Part shown: positions 10,464 to 21,894 of the stretch, in pieces
Numbering within the stretch: position 1 is the first letter of the stretch
Layout of the letters: each line of letters starts with the position of its first letter
From: Macrostomum lignano
Lineage: Eukaryota
Assembly: GCA_002269645.1 (NCBI GenBank)
Contig: NIVC01004029.1
Span: 1-25,557, forward strand
Length of the DNA stretch: 25,557 nt
Reading direction: 5' to 3'
The notes under the pieces: generated by a model
What the model was told of the DNA's origin: nothing
Database searches by the model: none
Seen by the model: the letters and a program-made list of their open reading frames with translations, nothing else
Position numbers and translations under genes: made by a program

Positions 10464-11298
10464 AAAAGGCTCATTGGGGGGAATTTCTCGTATGATTAGG
10501 CTTAGACTCATCGGAATTCCCTACTGTAGATTCCAATTCATAGGTGGGAATTTCTCATATGATTAGGTTGAGATTATCGGAATTCCCTAGTGTAGATTCC
10601 AAAAGGCTCATTGGGGGGAATTTCTCATATGATTAGGTTGAGACTCGTCGGAATTCCCTACTGTCGATTTCAATTCATAGGTGGGAATTTCTCATATGAT
10701 TAGGTTGAGATTATCGGAATTCCCTAGTGTAGATTCCAATTCATAGGGGGGATTTCTCATATGATTAGGTTGAGACTCGTCGGAATTCCCCACTGTAGAT
10801 TCCAATTCATAGGTGGGAATTTCTCATATGATTAGGTTGAGATTATCGGAATTCCCTACTGTAGATTCCAATTCATAGGTGGGAATTTCTCATATGATTA
10901 GGTTGAGATTATCGGAATTCCCTAGTGTAGATTCCAATTCATAGGGGGGATTTCTCATATGATTAGGTTGAGATTATCGGAATTCCCTACTGTAGATTCC
11001 AATTCATAGGGGGGATTTCTCATATGATTAGGTTGAGACTCGTCGGAATTCCCTACTGTCGATTTCAATTCATAGGTGGGAATTTCTCATATGATTAGGT
11101 TGAGATTATCGGAATTCCCTAGTGTAGATTCCAATTCATAGGGGGGATTTCTCATATGATTAGGTTGAGACTCGTCGGAATTCCCTACTGTCGATTTCAA
11201 TTCATAGGGGGGGGATTTCTCATATGATTAGGTTGAGATTTATCGGAATTCCCTAGTGTAGATTCCAAAAGGCTCATTGGGGGGAATTTCTCATATGA
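10464..11298. repeat. ~66-bp minisatellite, array 2, about 12 units plus a partial unit
   Basis: Same unit, same first three and last two variant units as array 1. Confidence 0.95.
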
Positions 11299-11846
11299 CA
11301 AGACTAAGGTGCGTTCATTATTCACAGCTCGTTGGAGCGCAGTTAAATAATTGGCCTCAAATTATAGGTCTATGTAATCGCTGAATTCTTTATTGAGCCG
11401 TTCATTCCACTGCTCTATTCATTAGCGCACAATTAGTTCTTCTATAATTGACTCAAATAGCTCTGCGTGTTTTTGATTATTTCACTTTATGTCCAACTGT
11501 GTGCCACCGAAGCCCCCCCCCCGCTGTGCCCGATCCTAAAATTGAACAATAATTTCAATTTTCACCCCCTAACTGTTACTGTCTGTAATCTTAATTTGTT
11601 AACTATTTTATAATATCAGTTTTTGTGCGATGATTTTCCTTGTGAAAAACTGTATTGGAGACCGCAATTTGTTGCTTTGCTTTGGCAATCAGCTGCTAGG
11701 CCTCCTCCGCTGCGCGCTTCAGCCAGGCACACTCTTTCAGGCATGTACTGCATCCACAGTCTCTGCAATACCTTTCTCCATCAGTGCTCTCCGTTCCTGG
11801 CCTCACTGCTACCTCTCTTCACCATTCCCTCACCACCTCTCAATCG

Positions 11847-12830
11847 CTACCCCTCTCCCTCACTACCCCTCTCTCTCACTACCCCTCTTCCTCACTACCC
11901 CTCTTCCTCACTACCCCTCTCCCTCACTACCCCTCTTCCTCACTACCCCTCTCCCTCACTACCCCTCCCCCTCACTACCCCTCTCCCTCACTACCCCTCT
12001 CCCTCACTACCTCTTTCCCTCACTACCCCTCTCCTTCAATACCCCTCCCCCTCACTACCCCTCCCCCTCACTACCCCTCTCCCTCATTACCCCTCTCCCT
12101 CACTACCCCCTCTCACTACCCCTCTCTCTCACTACCCCTCTCCCTCACTACCCCTCTCCCTCACTACCCCTCTCCCTCACTACCCCTCTCCCTCACTACC
12201 CCTCTCCCTCACTACCCCTCCCCCTCACTACCCCTCTCCCTCACTAACCCTCTCCCTCACTACCCCTCTTCCTCACTAACCCTCTCCCTCACTACCCCTC
12301 CCCCTCACTACCCTCTCCCTCACTACCCCTCTCCCTCACTAACCCTCTCCCTCACTACCCCTCTCCCTCACTACCCCTCTCCCTCACTACCCCTCCCCCT
12401 CACTACCCCTCTCCCTCACTAACCCTCTCCCTCACTACCCCTCCCCTCACTACCCCTCTTCCTCACTAACCCTCTCCCTCACTACCCTCCCCCTCACTAC
12501 CCTCTCCCTCACTACCCCTCCCCCTCACTACCCCTCTCCCTCACTAACCCTCTCCCTCACTACCCCTCTTCCTCACTAACCCTCCCCCTCACTACCCCTC
12601 TCCCTCACTAACCCTCTCCCTCACTACCCCTCTCCCTCACTACCCCTCCCCCTCACTACCCCTCTTCCTCACTAACCCTCTCCCTCACTACCCCTCCCCT
12701 CACTACCCTCTCCCTCACTACCCCTCCCCCTCACTACCCCTCTCCCTCACTAACCCTCTCCCTCACTACCCCTCTTCCTCACTAACCCTCCCCCTCACTA
12801 CCCCTCTCCCTCACTAACCCTCCCCCTTAC
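11847..12830. repeat. ~16-bp C-rich tandem repeat, copy 2
   Basis: Same array and variant order as copy 1, apart from homopolymer-length differences. Confidence 0.93.
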
Positions 12831-13521
12831 TATCTCTATCACAACCTACATCACAACCTCACTCACTACCTCTCTCACTACCTGTCTCACTACCTTTCTC
12901 ACTCCTCTCCCTCACTATCTCACTACGTCACTACCCCTCTCCCTCACAACCTCTCCATTATTTCGTCAGTCCGTCATTACCTCTCTCAACCTACCCTACC
13001 CTTATACTGTTCCTGTCGCATCTCTTCATAATTCCTTCAAACCCTAATATCTCTATAAGTCTCCTAATTAACTAACTAATATTCCCATCCATTCACCAGT
13101 CTCTGTCTCTCTGGTCTCTTCCTGCCCACCCCCATAATCTCCATCCAAGTTTCCGTTGTCTCCTGTCTGCGAATTCATTTATGATTTATCATACTTGCAG
13201 ATTATACGAGTGGTGGAAGAGGCTACAGGCCATTTAACACCCCTTCTCTCCCGCTGCATCCTGTCAGTCTCTCGAGCTGGCCGTTGTGTTTTCCTCGTTT
13301 TCCTCGTTTTGTTTATCGATCAACAATGCCAAGATTACTTCGCGAACTAGCTGAGGCCAGCTCAGTTCAGTTTCAGGTTAATAAATAAAGCTGAAGATAG
13401 GAGTACACACCTGTCTGTTCTCTAGATACTACTTCGCTTGGATCCTAAAGGCATTTCATGGTTTTAAAAGTTCCGGCACAGCAGGGTGCTCTGGAGCTGA
13501 GCTTAGTTGGACACGATAATT

Positions 13522-14019
13522 CACGTGTCGGCAAACTCTTTTACATCAAGGGCCAGATAGAGAATCTAGTGGCATGACTGCGGAGGGCAGAGAGGAGAGG
13601 GTCAGAGGAAATAGATAAGAGACAAGAGAAATAGGAGAAATGATATGCGAAAGAATAATGGAGAGGAGAGTAGAGGAGAGGAGAGGAGAGGAGAGGAGAG
13701 GAGAGGAGAGAGAGGAGAGGAGAGGAGAGGAGAGGAGAGGAGAGAGAGAGGAGAGGAGAGGAGAGGAGAGGAGAGGAGAGGAGAGGAGAGGAGAGGAGAG
13801 GAGAGGAGAGGAGAGGAGAGGAGAGGAGAGGAGAGGAGAGGAGAGGAGAGGAGAGGAGAGGAGAGGAGAGGAGAGGAGAGAGAGGAGAGGAGAGAGAGAG
13901 GAGAGGAGAGGAGAGGAGATGAGAGGAGAGAGAGAGAGAGAGAGGAGGAGAGGAGAGGAGAGGAGAGAGAGAGGAGAGGAGAGAGAGAGGAGAGAGAGAG
14001 GAGAGGAGAGAGAGAGGAG
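13522..14019 (+). mobile_element. Left half of the hAT MITE, second truncated copy
   Basis: As for 7104-7602. Confidence 0.78.
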
Positions 14020-15553
14020 CCTGCTGGCCACCGGCAGCTTCGACGGCCGCGCCGTGAAGCTCTGGCGGATCAGCGGCGCCGGCTTCAGCCCGGTGCAGAG
14101 CTCGCCGGACAACGAGGGCATCGTCTACAGCATCGCCTGGAGCCCGGACGGCGCGCGCGTAGCCGGAGCCACCGCCAAGAACGGCATCTTCGTCCTCGAC
14201 GTCGCCACTGGCTGCATCGACAGCCGCTTTACCGAGCACGGCCAGCAGGCGGTCTACTGCGTCAGCTGGAGCGCCAAGGCGCCGCACCATCTCGCCTCGG
14301 CCTCGGCCGACTGCACCTGCGTTGTGCGCGACGACTGCGGCCGACTTGCCCGCCGGTTGAGCCACCCGGCCGCTGTCTACGGCGTCGCCTGGCACCAGCA
14401 CTCGCGCGACATTCTGGCCACAGCCTGCGAGGACAAAGCTGTCCGGATCTTCTATCTGGCCAGCGCGGGCGGTGACCGGCCCAACCGAGTTTTCACCGGC
14501 CACGCCAGCAAGGTGTTCGGCGTGCGCTGGTCGCCGCTGCGCGAGAGCTACCTGTGCAGCGGCTCGGACGACGGCACGATTCGAGTCTGGGACTGCACCG
14601 CCGAGAAGAGCGTCGCCCACCTCAAAGGCCACACCGGGCCAGTGCGCGGCCTTGTCTGGCACCCCGAGTTGGCCTACATGCTCGTGTCCGGCAGCTGGGA
14701 CTGCCACATCCACTGCTGGGACATCCGCGACGGCTCCTGTCTGGCGGCCGTCACCGACCACCGCTCCGACGTCTACGGCCTGGCGCTGCACCCGCGCCGC
14801 CCCATGCTGCTGGCCTCGTGCTCGCGCGACTCCACGCTGCGGCTGTGGTCGCTTGCCGAGCTGGCCGGCCCCCTGCCCGCCTGCCTGCTGTTCCGCGGCA
14901 TGGCCGACTCCTTCATCCTGCCGGCCGAAGCCGCGCTCAGGCAGCAGCCGGGCCAGCCGGCTCTGTCCGGCAGCCAGTCGCGCCGGCTTCTCCGCGATGC
15001 TGGCAGCGTGGTCGGCAGCACCAGCAGCTGCGGCGGCGACCAGCTGGCTCTGCTGCTGCACGCCAGCCCGGCTGCCGGCAACCTGCATGACCTGCAGCGG
15101 GCGCTCGCCGGCACGCCGACAGCCGCGCTTGGCGACTCCTACGGCCGGCCCGGCAGCTACGTGGCCGCCAAGGACCTGCTGAAGTTCCAGGCCGCCCGGG
15201 CCCAGCAGCTTGAACTGGCCGCCTCCAATTCCTTGTCCTCGTCGGCATCGGTGGCGACGGCCGGACGGCCGACTTCGCGGCACCGACAGCTGCGGGACGC
15301 GGCCGCGGCCCATCTGCGCTGCGGCCACCTGCGCCGCTACTGCGAGCTGCAGGCCCAGCTGGGCCGGTGGGAGCGCGCCCTGGCCCTGGCGCCGGGCGTC
15401 TCTCAGGCCTTCTGGCGCGAGCTGTGCCACCGGTACATGGCCAGCCAGCGAAGCCTGGAACTCGACGACCTAGTTGCTTTCTCCGTGGCCACCGGGCGGC
15501 CGACTCCGCCGCCCAGTTGCTCACCCGGCGCGGGAAATATTCGGACGCGCTGA
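13640..15553 (+). CDS. Candidate chimeric ORF: ~126 aa E/R/G-rich segment from the MITE and microsatellite, fused in frame to the downstream WD40 cluster of WDR17
   Basis: ORF track shows 637 aa: MICERIMERRV(EERRG)n...ERSLLATGSFDGRAVKLW... In-frame ATGs at 13640, 13658 and 13919; no stop across the junction at 14017. No evidence of expression. Confidence 0.35.
   Translation: MICERIMERRVEERRGEERRGEEREERRGEERRGEREERRGEERRGEERRGEERRGEERRGEERRGEERRGEERRGEERRERRGEREERRGEEMRGERERERRRGEERRERGEERERRERGEERERSLLATGSFDGRAVKLWRISGAGFSPVQSSPDNEGIVYSIAWSPDGARVAGATAKNGIFVLDVATGCIDSRFTEHGQQAVYCVSWSAKAPHHLASASADCTCVVRDDCGRLARRLSHPAAVYGVAWHQHSRDILATACEDKAVRIFYLASAGGDRPNRVFTGHASKVFGVRWSPLRESYLCSGSDDGTIRVWDCTAEKSVAHLKGHTGPVRGLVWHPELAYMLVSGSWDCHIHCWDIRDGSCLAAVTDHRSDVYGLALHPRRPMLLASCSRDSTLRLWSLAELAGPLPACLLFRGMADSFILPAEAALRQQPGQPALSGSQSRRLLRDAGSVVGSTSSCGGDQLALLLHASPAAGNLHDLQRALAGTPTAALGDSYGRPGSYVAAKDLLKFQAARAQQLELAASNSLSSSASVATAGRPTSRHRQLRDAAAAHLRCGHLRRYCELQAQLGRWERALALAPGVSQAFWRELCHRYMASQRSLELDDLVAFSVATGRPTPPPSCSPGAGNIRTR
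13660..14019. repeat. (GGAGA)n/(GA)n homopurine microsatellite, truncated
   Basis: Direct reading. Confidence 0.97.
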
Positions 15554-16812
15554 TGGTGGCGCAGGCTGCGCACGAGGGCCTGTTCGCCGGGCCGGACGAT
15601 CCGGACGAATCCCGGGAGCACCGCAGGCCCGGCGTCAGCAGCCCAGATCGGCTGCGCACGGCCTGGGGCAGCCTGGCCGACAGTCTGTTTCAGCGCGGCG
15701 CCCCGGTGGACGCCGCCTGTTGCCACTTGGCCATCGGCGACGTTGAATCGGCCGTCGGCAAGCTGCTGCGCGGCAACGAGCTCGACTTGGCGCTCTGGCT
15801 GGCGACGCGAGTCGAGTCCTGCGACCAGCGGCTGCGCAACTTCGCCGCCGAGTGGAGCGGCTGGCGACTCGACAGGCTGCCCGGCCTGGACGCCAAGCGC
15901 CGGGCGGAGCTGCTGGCCAAGCTGGCGGAGCTGCACAGCCGGCGCCAGGACCTCTTGGTGGCGTTCGCCTGCCGCTTCTCGGGCTCGGCTGGCGACATTG
16001 ACGCTGTGCACCGCGTGCTGGGCCTGCCCGGCCTGGACGCCTGCCTGGAGATCGCCGAGCGGCTGCGGGCCGACGCTCCGACTGGCGCTTCTGGCACGCC
16101 GGAGTCTCGGCTGCGCCTCCAGCTGGACATTGTCGGCCACTATCTGCTGTCGCCCAACCCGCTGGCTGGCCTGGAGTTCGGTCTGGCCGCGGTGCGCGAC
16201 ATTCTTAACGATCGCGACTCGCCGTGGACGTTGAACTCCGTGGAGGCGCTCGTGGAGCTGATGAGCTGCGCTCGCACTGGCAAGCTGCAGCAGGCCTCCG
16301 CCGTGCAGGAGAAGAACGAGCTGCTGTTCCTGGCCACCTACCTGGGCGCGTTGAAGGCCATCAGGCAGGGCTACCATTCCGTGGTGGCGCCGCTGTTTCG
16401 GCACGCCCGGCTTCACTTCGAGCGGCACAAAGACGCCATGGCCGGGCTGGGCCGGGCGCTGACCGGGTCGCTGCTGGACAAGGAGCTGCACGCCTGGAAG
16501 CTTATGAGGCGCTCGGGCGGCAGCGCCGACGAGCGCCACCTGCCGGAGGAGATGCGGCCGGTGTGGCGCGGGCTGGTGCGCAAGTGCGCTGGGGACACCG
16601 GCCTGGAGGTCGGCGAAGATGTGGCCGCCGGCAGCGCCCTGCCGTACCACTCTGACTTCGACAACTGCTTCTTCATGGAGAAGCGAATCAGGGGGCCGGT
16701 GTTTTACCTGGAGGACGGCCGGTTCACCATCGGGCTGAACGATGCGTACATGTGGGCCAAGGTGAACCCGTTCTCGCCTAGCATGACTGGCGCCAGGATT
16801 AATCCCTTCTAA
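14017..16812 (+). pseudogene. WDR17: 5'-truncated WDR17 duplicate, copy 3
   Basis: Near-identical to 798-3590. Shares the CGCGCC change (14048-14053) and the GGGG>GGG loss (15494-15496) with copy 2. Otherwise open to the native stop (ORFs 13640-15553 and 15367-16812). Confidence 0.88.
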
Positions 16813-16882
16813 TTAGGGCTGCGGATTAACTCCATAGATGGAATCCTTGACTAAGGGAAGCAGTCTGTACGAGGTGGATTTC

Positions 16883-19676
16883 AAAAGGCTCATTGGGGGG
16901 AATTTCTCGTATGATTAGGCTTAGACTCATCGGAATTCCCTACTGTAGATTCCAATTCATAGGTGGGAATTTCTCATATGATTAGGTTGAGATTATCGGA
17001 ATTCCCTAGTGTAGATTCCAAAAGGCTCATTGGGGGAATTTCTCATATGATTAGGTTGAGACTCGTCGGAATTCCCTACTGTCGATTTCAATTCATAGGG
17101 GGGATTTCTCATATGATTAGGTTGAGATTATCGGAATTCCCTAGTGTAGATTCCAATTCATAGGGGGAATTTCTCATATGATTAGGTTGAGACTCGTCGG
17201 AATTCCCTACTGTCGATTCAATTCATAGGTGGGAATTTCTCATATGATTAGGTTGAGATTATCGGAATTCCCTAGTGTAGATTCCAATTCATAGGGGGAT
17301 TTCTCATATGATTAGGTTGAGACTCGTCGGAATTCCCTACTGTCGATTCCAATTCATAGGTGGGAATTTCTCATATGATTAGGTTGAGATTATCGGAATT
17401 CCCTAGTGTAGATTCCAATTCATAGGTGGGAATTTCTCATATGATTAGGTTGAGATTATCGGAATTCCCTAGTGTAGATTCCAATTCATAGGTGGGAATT
17501 TCTCATATGATTAGGTTGAGATTATCGGAATTCCCTACTGTAGATTCCAATAGGCTCATTGGGGGGAATTTCTCATATGATTAGGTTGAGACTCGTCGGA
17601 ATTCCCTACTGTAGATTCCAATTCATAGGTGGGAATTTCTCATATGATTAGGTTGAGATTATCGGAATTCCCTAGTGTAGATTCCAATTCATTGGGGGAA
17701 TTTCTCATATGATTAGGTTGAGATTATCGGAATTCCCTAGTGTAGATTCCAATTCATTGGGGGATTTCTCATATGATTAGGTTGAGATTATCGGAATTCC
17801 CTAGTGTAGATTCCAATTCATAGGGGGATTTCTCATATGATTAGGTTGAGATTATCGGAATTCCCTAGTGTAGATTCCAATTCATAGGGGGATTTCTCAT
17901 ATGATTAGGTTGAGACTATCGGAATTCCCTAGTGTAGATTCCAATTCATAGGGGGAATTTCTCATATGATTAGGTTGAGATTATCGGAATTCCCTACTGT
18001 AGATTCCAATTCATAGGGGGATTTCTCATATGATTAGGTTGAGATTATCGGAATTCCCTAGTGTAGATTCCAATTCATAGGGGGATTTCTCATATGATTA
18101 GGTTGAGACTCGTCGGAATTCCCTACTGTAGATTCCAATTCATAGGGGGGATTTCTCATATGATTAGGTTGAGATTATCGGAATTCCCTAGTGTAGATTC
18201 CAATTCATAGGGGGATTTCTCATATGATTAGGTTGAGACTCGTCGGAATTCCCTACTGTCGATTTCAATTCATAGGTGGGAATTTCTCATATGATTAGGT
18301 TGAGATTATCGGAATTCCCTAGTGTAGATTCCAATTCATAGGGGGGATTTCTCATATGATTAGGTTGAGATTATCGGAATTCCCTAGTGTAGATTCCAAT
18401 TCATAGGGGGGATTTCTCATATGATTAGGTTGAGATTATCGGAATTCCCTAGTGTAGATTCCAATTCATAGGGGGGATTTCTCATATGATTAGGTTGAGA
18501 CTCGTCGGAATTCCCTACTGTCGATTTCAATTCATAGGGGGATTTCTCATATGATTAGGTTGAGATTATCGGAATTCCCTAGTGTAGATTCCAATTCATA
18601 GGGGGATTTCTCATATGATTAGGTTGAGACTCGTCGGAATTCCCTACTGTCGATTTCAATTCATAGGTGGGAATTTCTCATATGATTAGGTTGAGATTAT
18701 CGGAATTCCCTAGTGTAGATTCCAATTCATAGGGGGATTTCTCATATGATTAGGTTGAGACTCGTCGGAATTCCCTACTGTCGATTTCAATTCATAGGGG
18801 GGGGATTTCTCATATGATTAGGTTGAGATTATCGGAATTCCCTAGTGTAGATTCCAATTCATAGGGGGGATTTCTCATATGATTAGGTTGAGACTCGTCG
18901 GAATTCCCTACTGTCGATTTCAATTCATAGGTGGGAATTTCTCATATGATTAGGTTGAGATTATCGGAATTCCCTAGTGTAGATTCCAATTCATAGGGGG
19001 GATTTCTCATATGATTAGGCTTAGACTCATCGGAATTCCCTACTGTAGATTCCAATTCATAGGTGGGAATTTCTCATATGATTAGGTTGAGATTATCGGA
19101 ATTCCCTAGTGTAGATTCCAATTCATAGGGGGATTTCTCATATGATTAGGTTGAGACTCGTCGGAATTCCCTACTGTCGATTCAATTCATAGGTGGGAAT
19201 TTCTCATATGATTAGGTTGAGATTATCGGAATTCCCTAGTGTAGATTCCAATTCATAGGGGGATTTCTCATATGATTAGGTTGAGACTCGTCGGAATTCC
19301 CTACTGTCGATTTCAATTCATAGGGGGGATTTCTCATATGATTAGGTTGAGATTATCGGAATTCCCTAGTGTAGATTCCAATTCATAGGGGGGATTTCTC
19401 ATATGATTAGGTTGAGACTCGTCGGAATTCCCTACTGTCGATTTCAATTCATAGGTGGGAATTTCTCATATGATTAGGTTGAGATTATCGGAATTCCCTA
19501 GTGTAGATTCCAATTCATAGGGGGGATTTCTCATATGATTAGGTTGAGACTCGTCGGAATTCCCTACTGTCGATTTCAATTCATAGGGGGGGATTTCTCA
19601 TATGATTAGGTTGAGATTTATCGGAATTCCCTAGTGTAGATTCCAAAAGGCTCATTGGGGGGAATTTCTCATATGA
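16883..19676. repeat. ~66-bp minisatellite, array 3, about 42 units plus a partial unit
   Basis: Same unit. Its last ten units have the same variant order as units 9-18 of array 1. Confidence 0.95.
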
Positions 19677-20224
19677 CAAGACTAAGGTGCGTTCATTATT
19701 CACAGCTCGTTGGAGCGCAGTTAAATAATTGGCCTCAAATTATAGGTCTATGTAATCGCTGAATTCTTTATTGAGCCGTTCATTCCACTGCTCTATTCAT
19801 TAGCGCACAATTAGTTCTTCTATAATTGACTCAAATAGCTCTGCGTGTTTTTGATTATTTCACTTTATGTCCAACTGTGTGCCACCGAAGCCCCCCCCCC
19901 GCTGTGCCCGATCCTAAAATTGAACAATAATTTCAATTTTCACCCCCTAACTGTTACTGTCTGTAATCTTAATTTGTTAACTATTTTATAATATCAGTTT
20001 TTGTGCGATGATTTTCCTTGTGAAAAACTGTATTGGAGACCGCAATTTGTTGCTTTGCTTTGGCAATCAGCTGCTAGGCCTCCTCCGCTGCGCGCTTCAG
20101 CCAGGCACACTCTTTCAGGCATGTACTGCATCCACAGTCTCTGCAATACCTTTCTCCATCAGTGCTCTCCGTTCCTGGCCTCACTGCTACCTCTCTTCAC
20201 CATTCCCTCACCACCTCTCAATCG

Positions 20225-21205
20225 CTACCCCTCTCCCTCACTACCCCTCTCTCTCACTACCCCTCTTCCTCACTACCCCTCTTCCTCACTACCCCTCTCC
20301 TCACTACCCCTCTTCCTCACTACCCCTCTCCCTCACTACCCCCTCCCCTCACTACCCCTCTCCCTCACTACCCCTCTCCCTCACTACCTCTTTCCCTCAC
20401 TACCCCTCTCCTTCAATACCCCTCCCCCTCACTACCCCTCCCCCTCACTACCCCTCTCCCTCATTACCCCTCTCCCTCACTACCCCCTCTCACTACCCCT
20501 CTCTCTCACTACCCCTCTCCCTCACTACCCCTCTCCCTCACTACCCCTCTCCCTCACTACCCCTCTCCCTCACTACCCCTCTCCCTCACTACCCTCCCCT
20601 CACTACCCCTCTCCTCACTAACCCTCTCCCTCACTACCCCTCTTCCTCACTAACCCTCTCCCTCACTACCCCTCCCCCTCACTACCCTCTCCCTCACTAC
20701 CCCTCTCCCTCACTAACCCTCTCCCTCACTACCCCTCTCCCTCACTACCCCTCTCCCTCACTACCCCTCCCCTCACTACCCCTCTCCCTCACTAACCCTC
20801 TCCCTCACTACCCCTCCCCCTCACTACCCCTCTTCCTCACTAACCCTCTCCCTCACTACCCCTCCCCCTCACTACCCTCTCCCTCACTACCCCTCCCCCT
20901 CACTACCCCTCTCCCTCACTAACCCTCTCCCTCACTACCCCTCTTCCTCACTAACCCTCCCCCTCACTACCCCTCTCCCTCACTAACCCTCTCCCTCACT
21001 ACCCCTCTCCCTCACTACCCCTCCCCCTCACTACCCCTCTTCCTCACTAACCCTCTCCCTCACTACCCCTCCCCCTCACTACCCTCTCCCTCACTACCCC
21101 TCCCCCTCACTACCCCTCTCCCTCACTAACCCTCTCCCTCACTACCCCTCTTCCTCACTAACCCTCCCCTCACTACCCCTCTCCCTCACTAACCCTCCCC
21201 CTTAC
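20225..21205. repeat. ~16-bp C-rich tandem repeat, copy 3
   Basis: Same array as copies 1 and 2. Confidence 0.93.
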
Positions 21206-21894
21206 TATCTCTATCACAACCTACATCACAACCTCACTCACTACCTCTCTCACTACCTGTCTCACTACCTTTCTCACTCCTCTCCCTCACTATCTCACTA
21301 CGTCACTACCCCTCTCCCTCACAACCTCTCCATTATTTCGTCAGTCCGTCATTACCTCTCTCAACCTACCCTACCCTTATACTGTTCCTGTCGCATCTCT
21401 TCATAATTCCTTCAAACCCATATATCTCTAAGTCTCCTAATTAACTAACTAATATTCCCATCCATTCACCAGTCTCTGTCTCTCTGGTCTCTTCCTGCCC
21501 ACCCCCATAATCTCCATCCAAGTTTCCGTTGTCTCCTGTCTGCGAATTCATTTATGATTTATCATACTTGCAGATTATACGAGTGGTGGAAGAGGCTACA
21601 GGCCATTTAACACCCCTTCTCTCCCGCTGCATCCTGTCAGTCTCTCGAGCTGGCCGTTGTGTTTTCCTCGTTTTCCTCGTTTTGTTTATCGATCAACAAT
21701 GCCAAGATTACTTCGCGAACTAGCTGAGGCCAGCTCAGTTCAGTTTCAGGTTAATAAATAAAGCTGAAGATAGGAGTACACACCTGTCTGTTCTCTAGAT
21801 ACTACTTCGCTTGGATCCTAAAGGCATTTCATGGTTTTAAAAGTTCCGGCACAGCAGGGTGCTCTGGAGCTGAGCTTAGTTGGACACGATAATT

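Noticed and set aside
3661-19676. 66-bp arrays as a CRISPR array (palindromic, regular period)
   Set aside because: There are no unique spacers; the whole unit repeats in two or three variants. No cas genes, and the context is eukaryotic.
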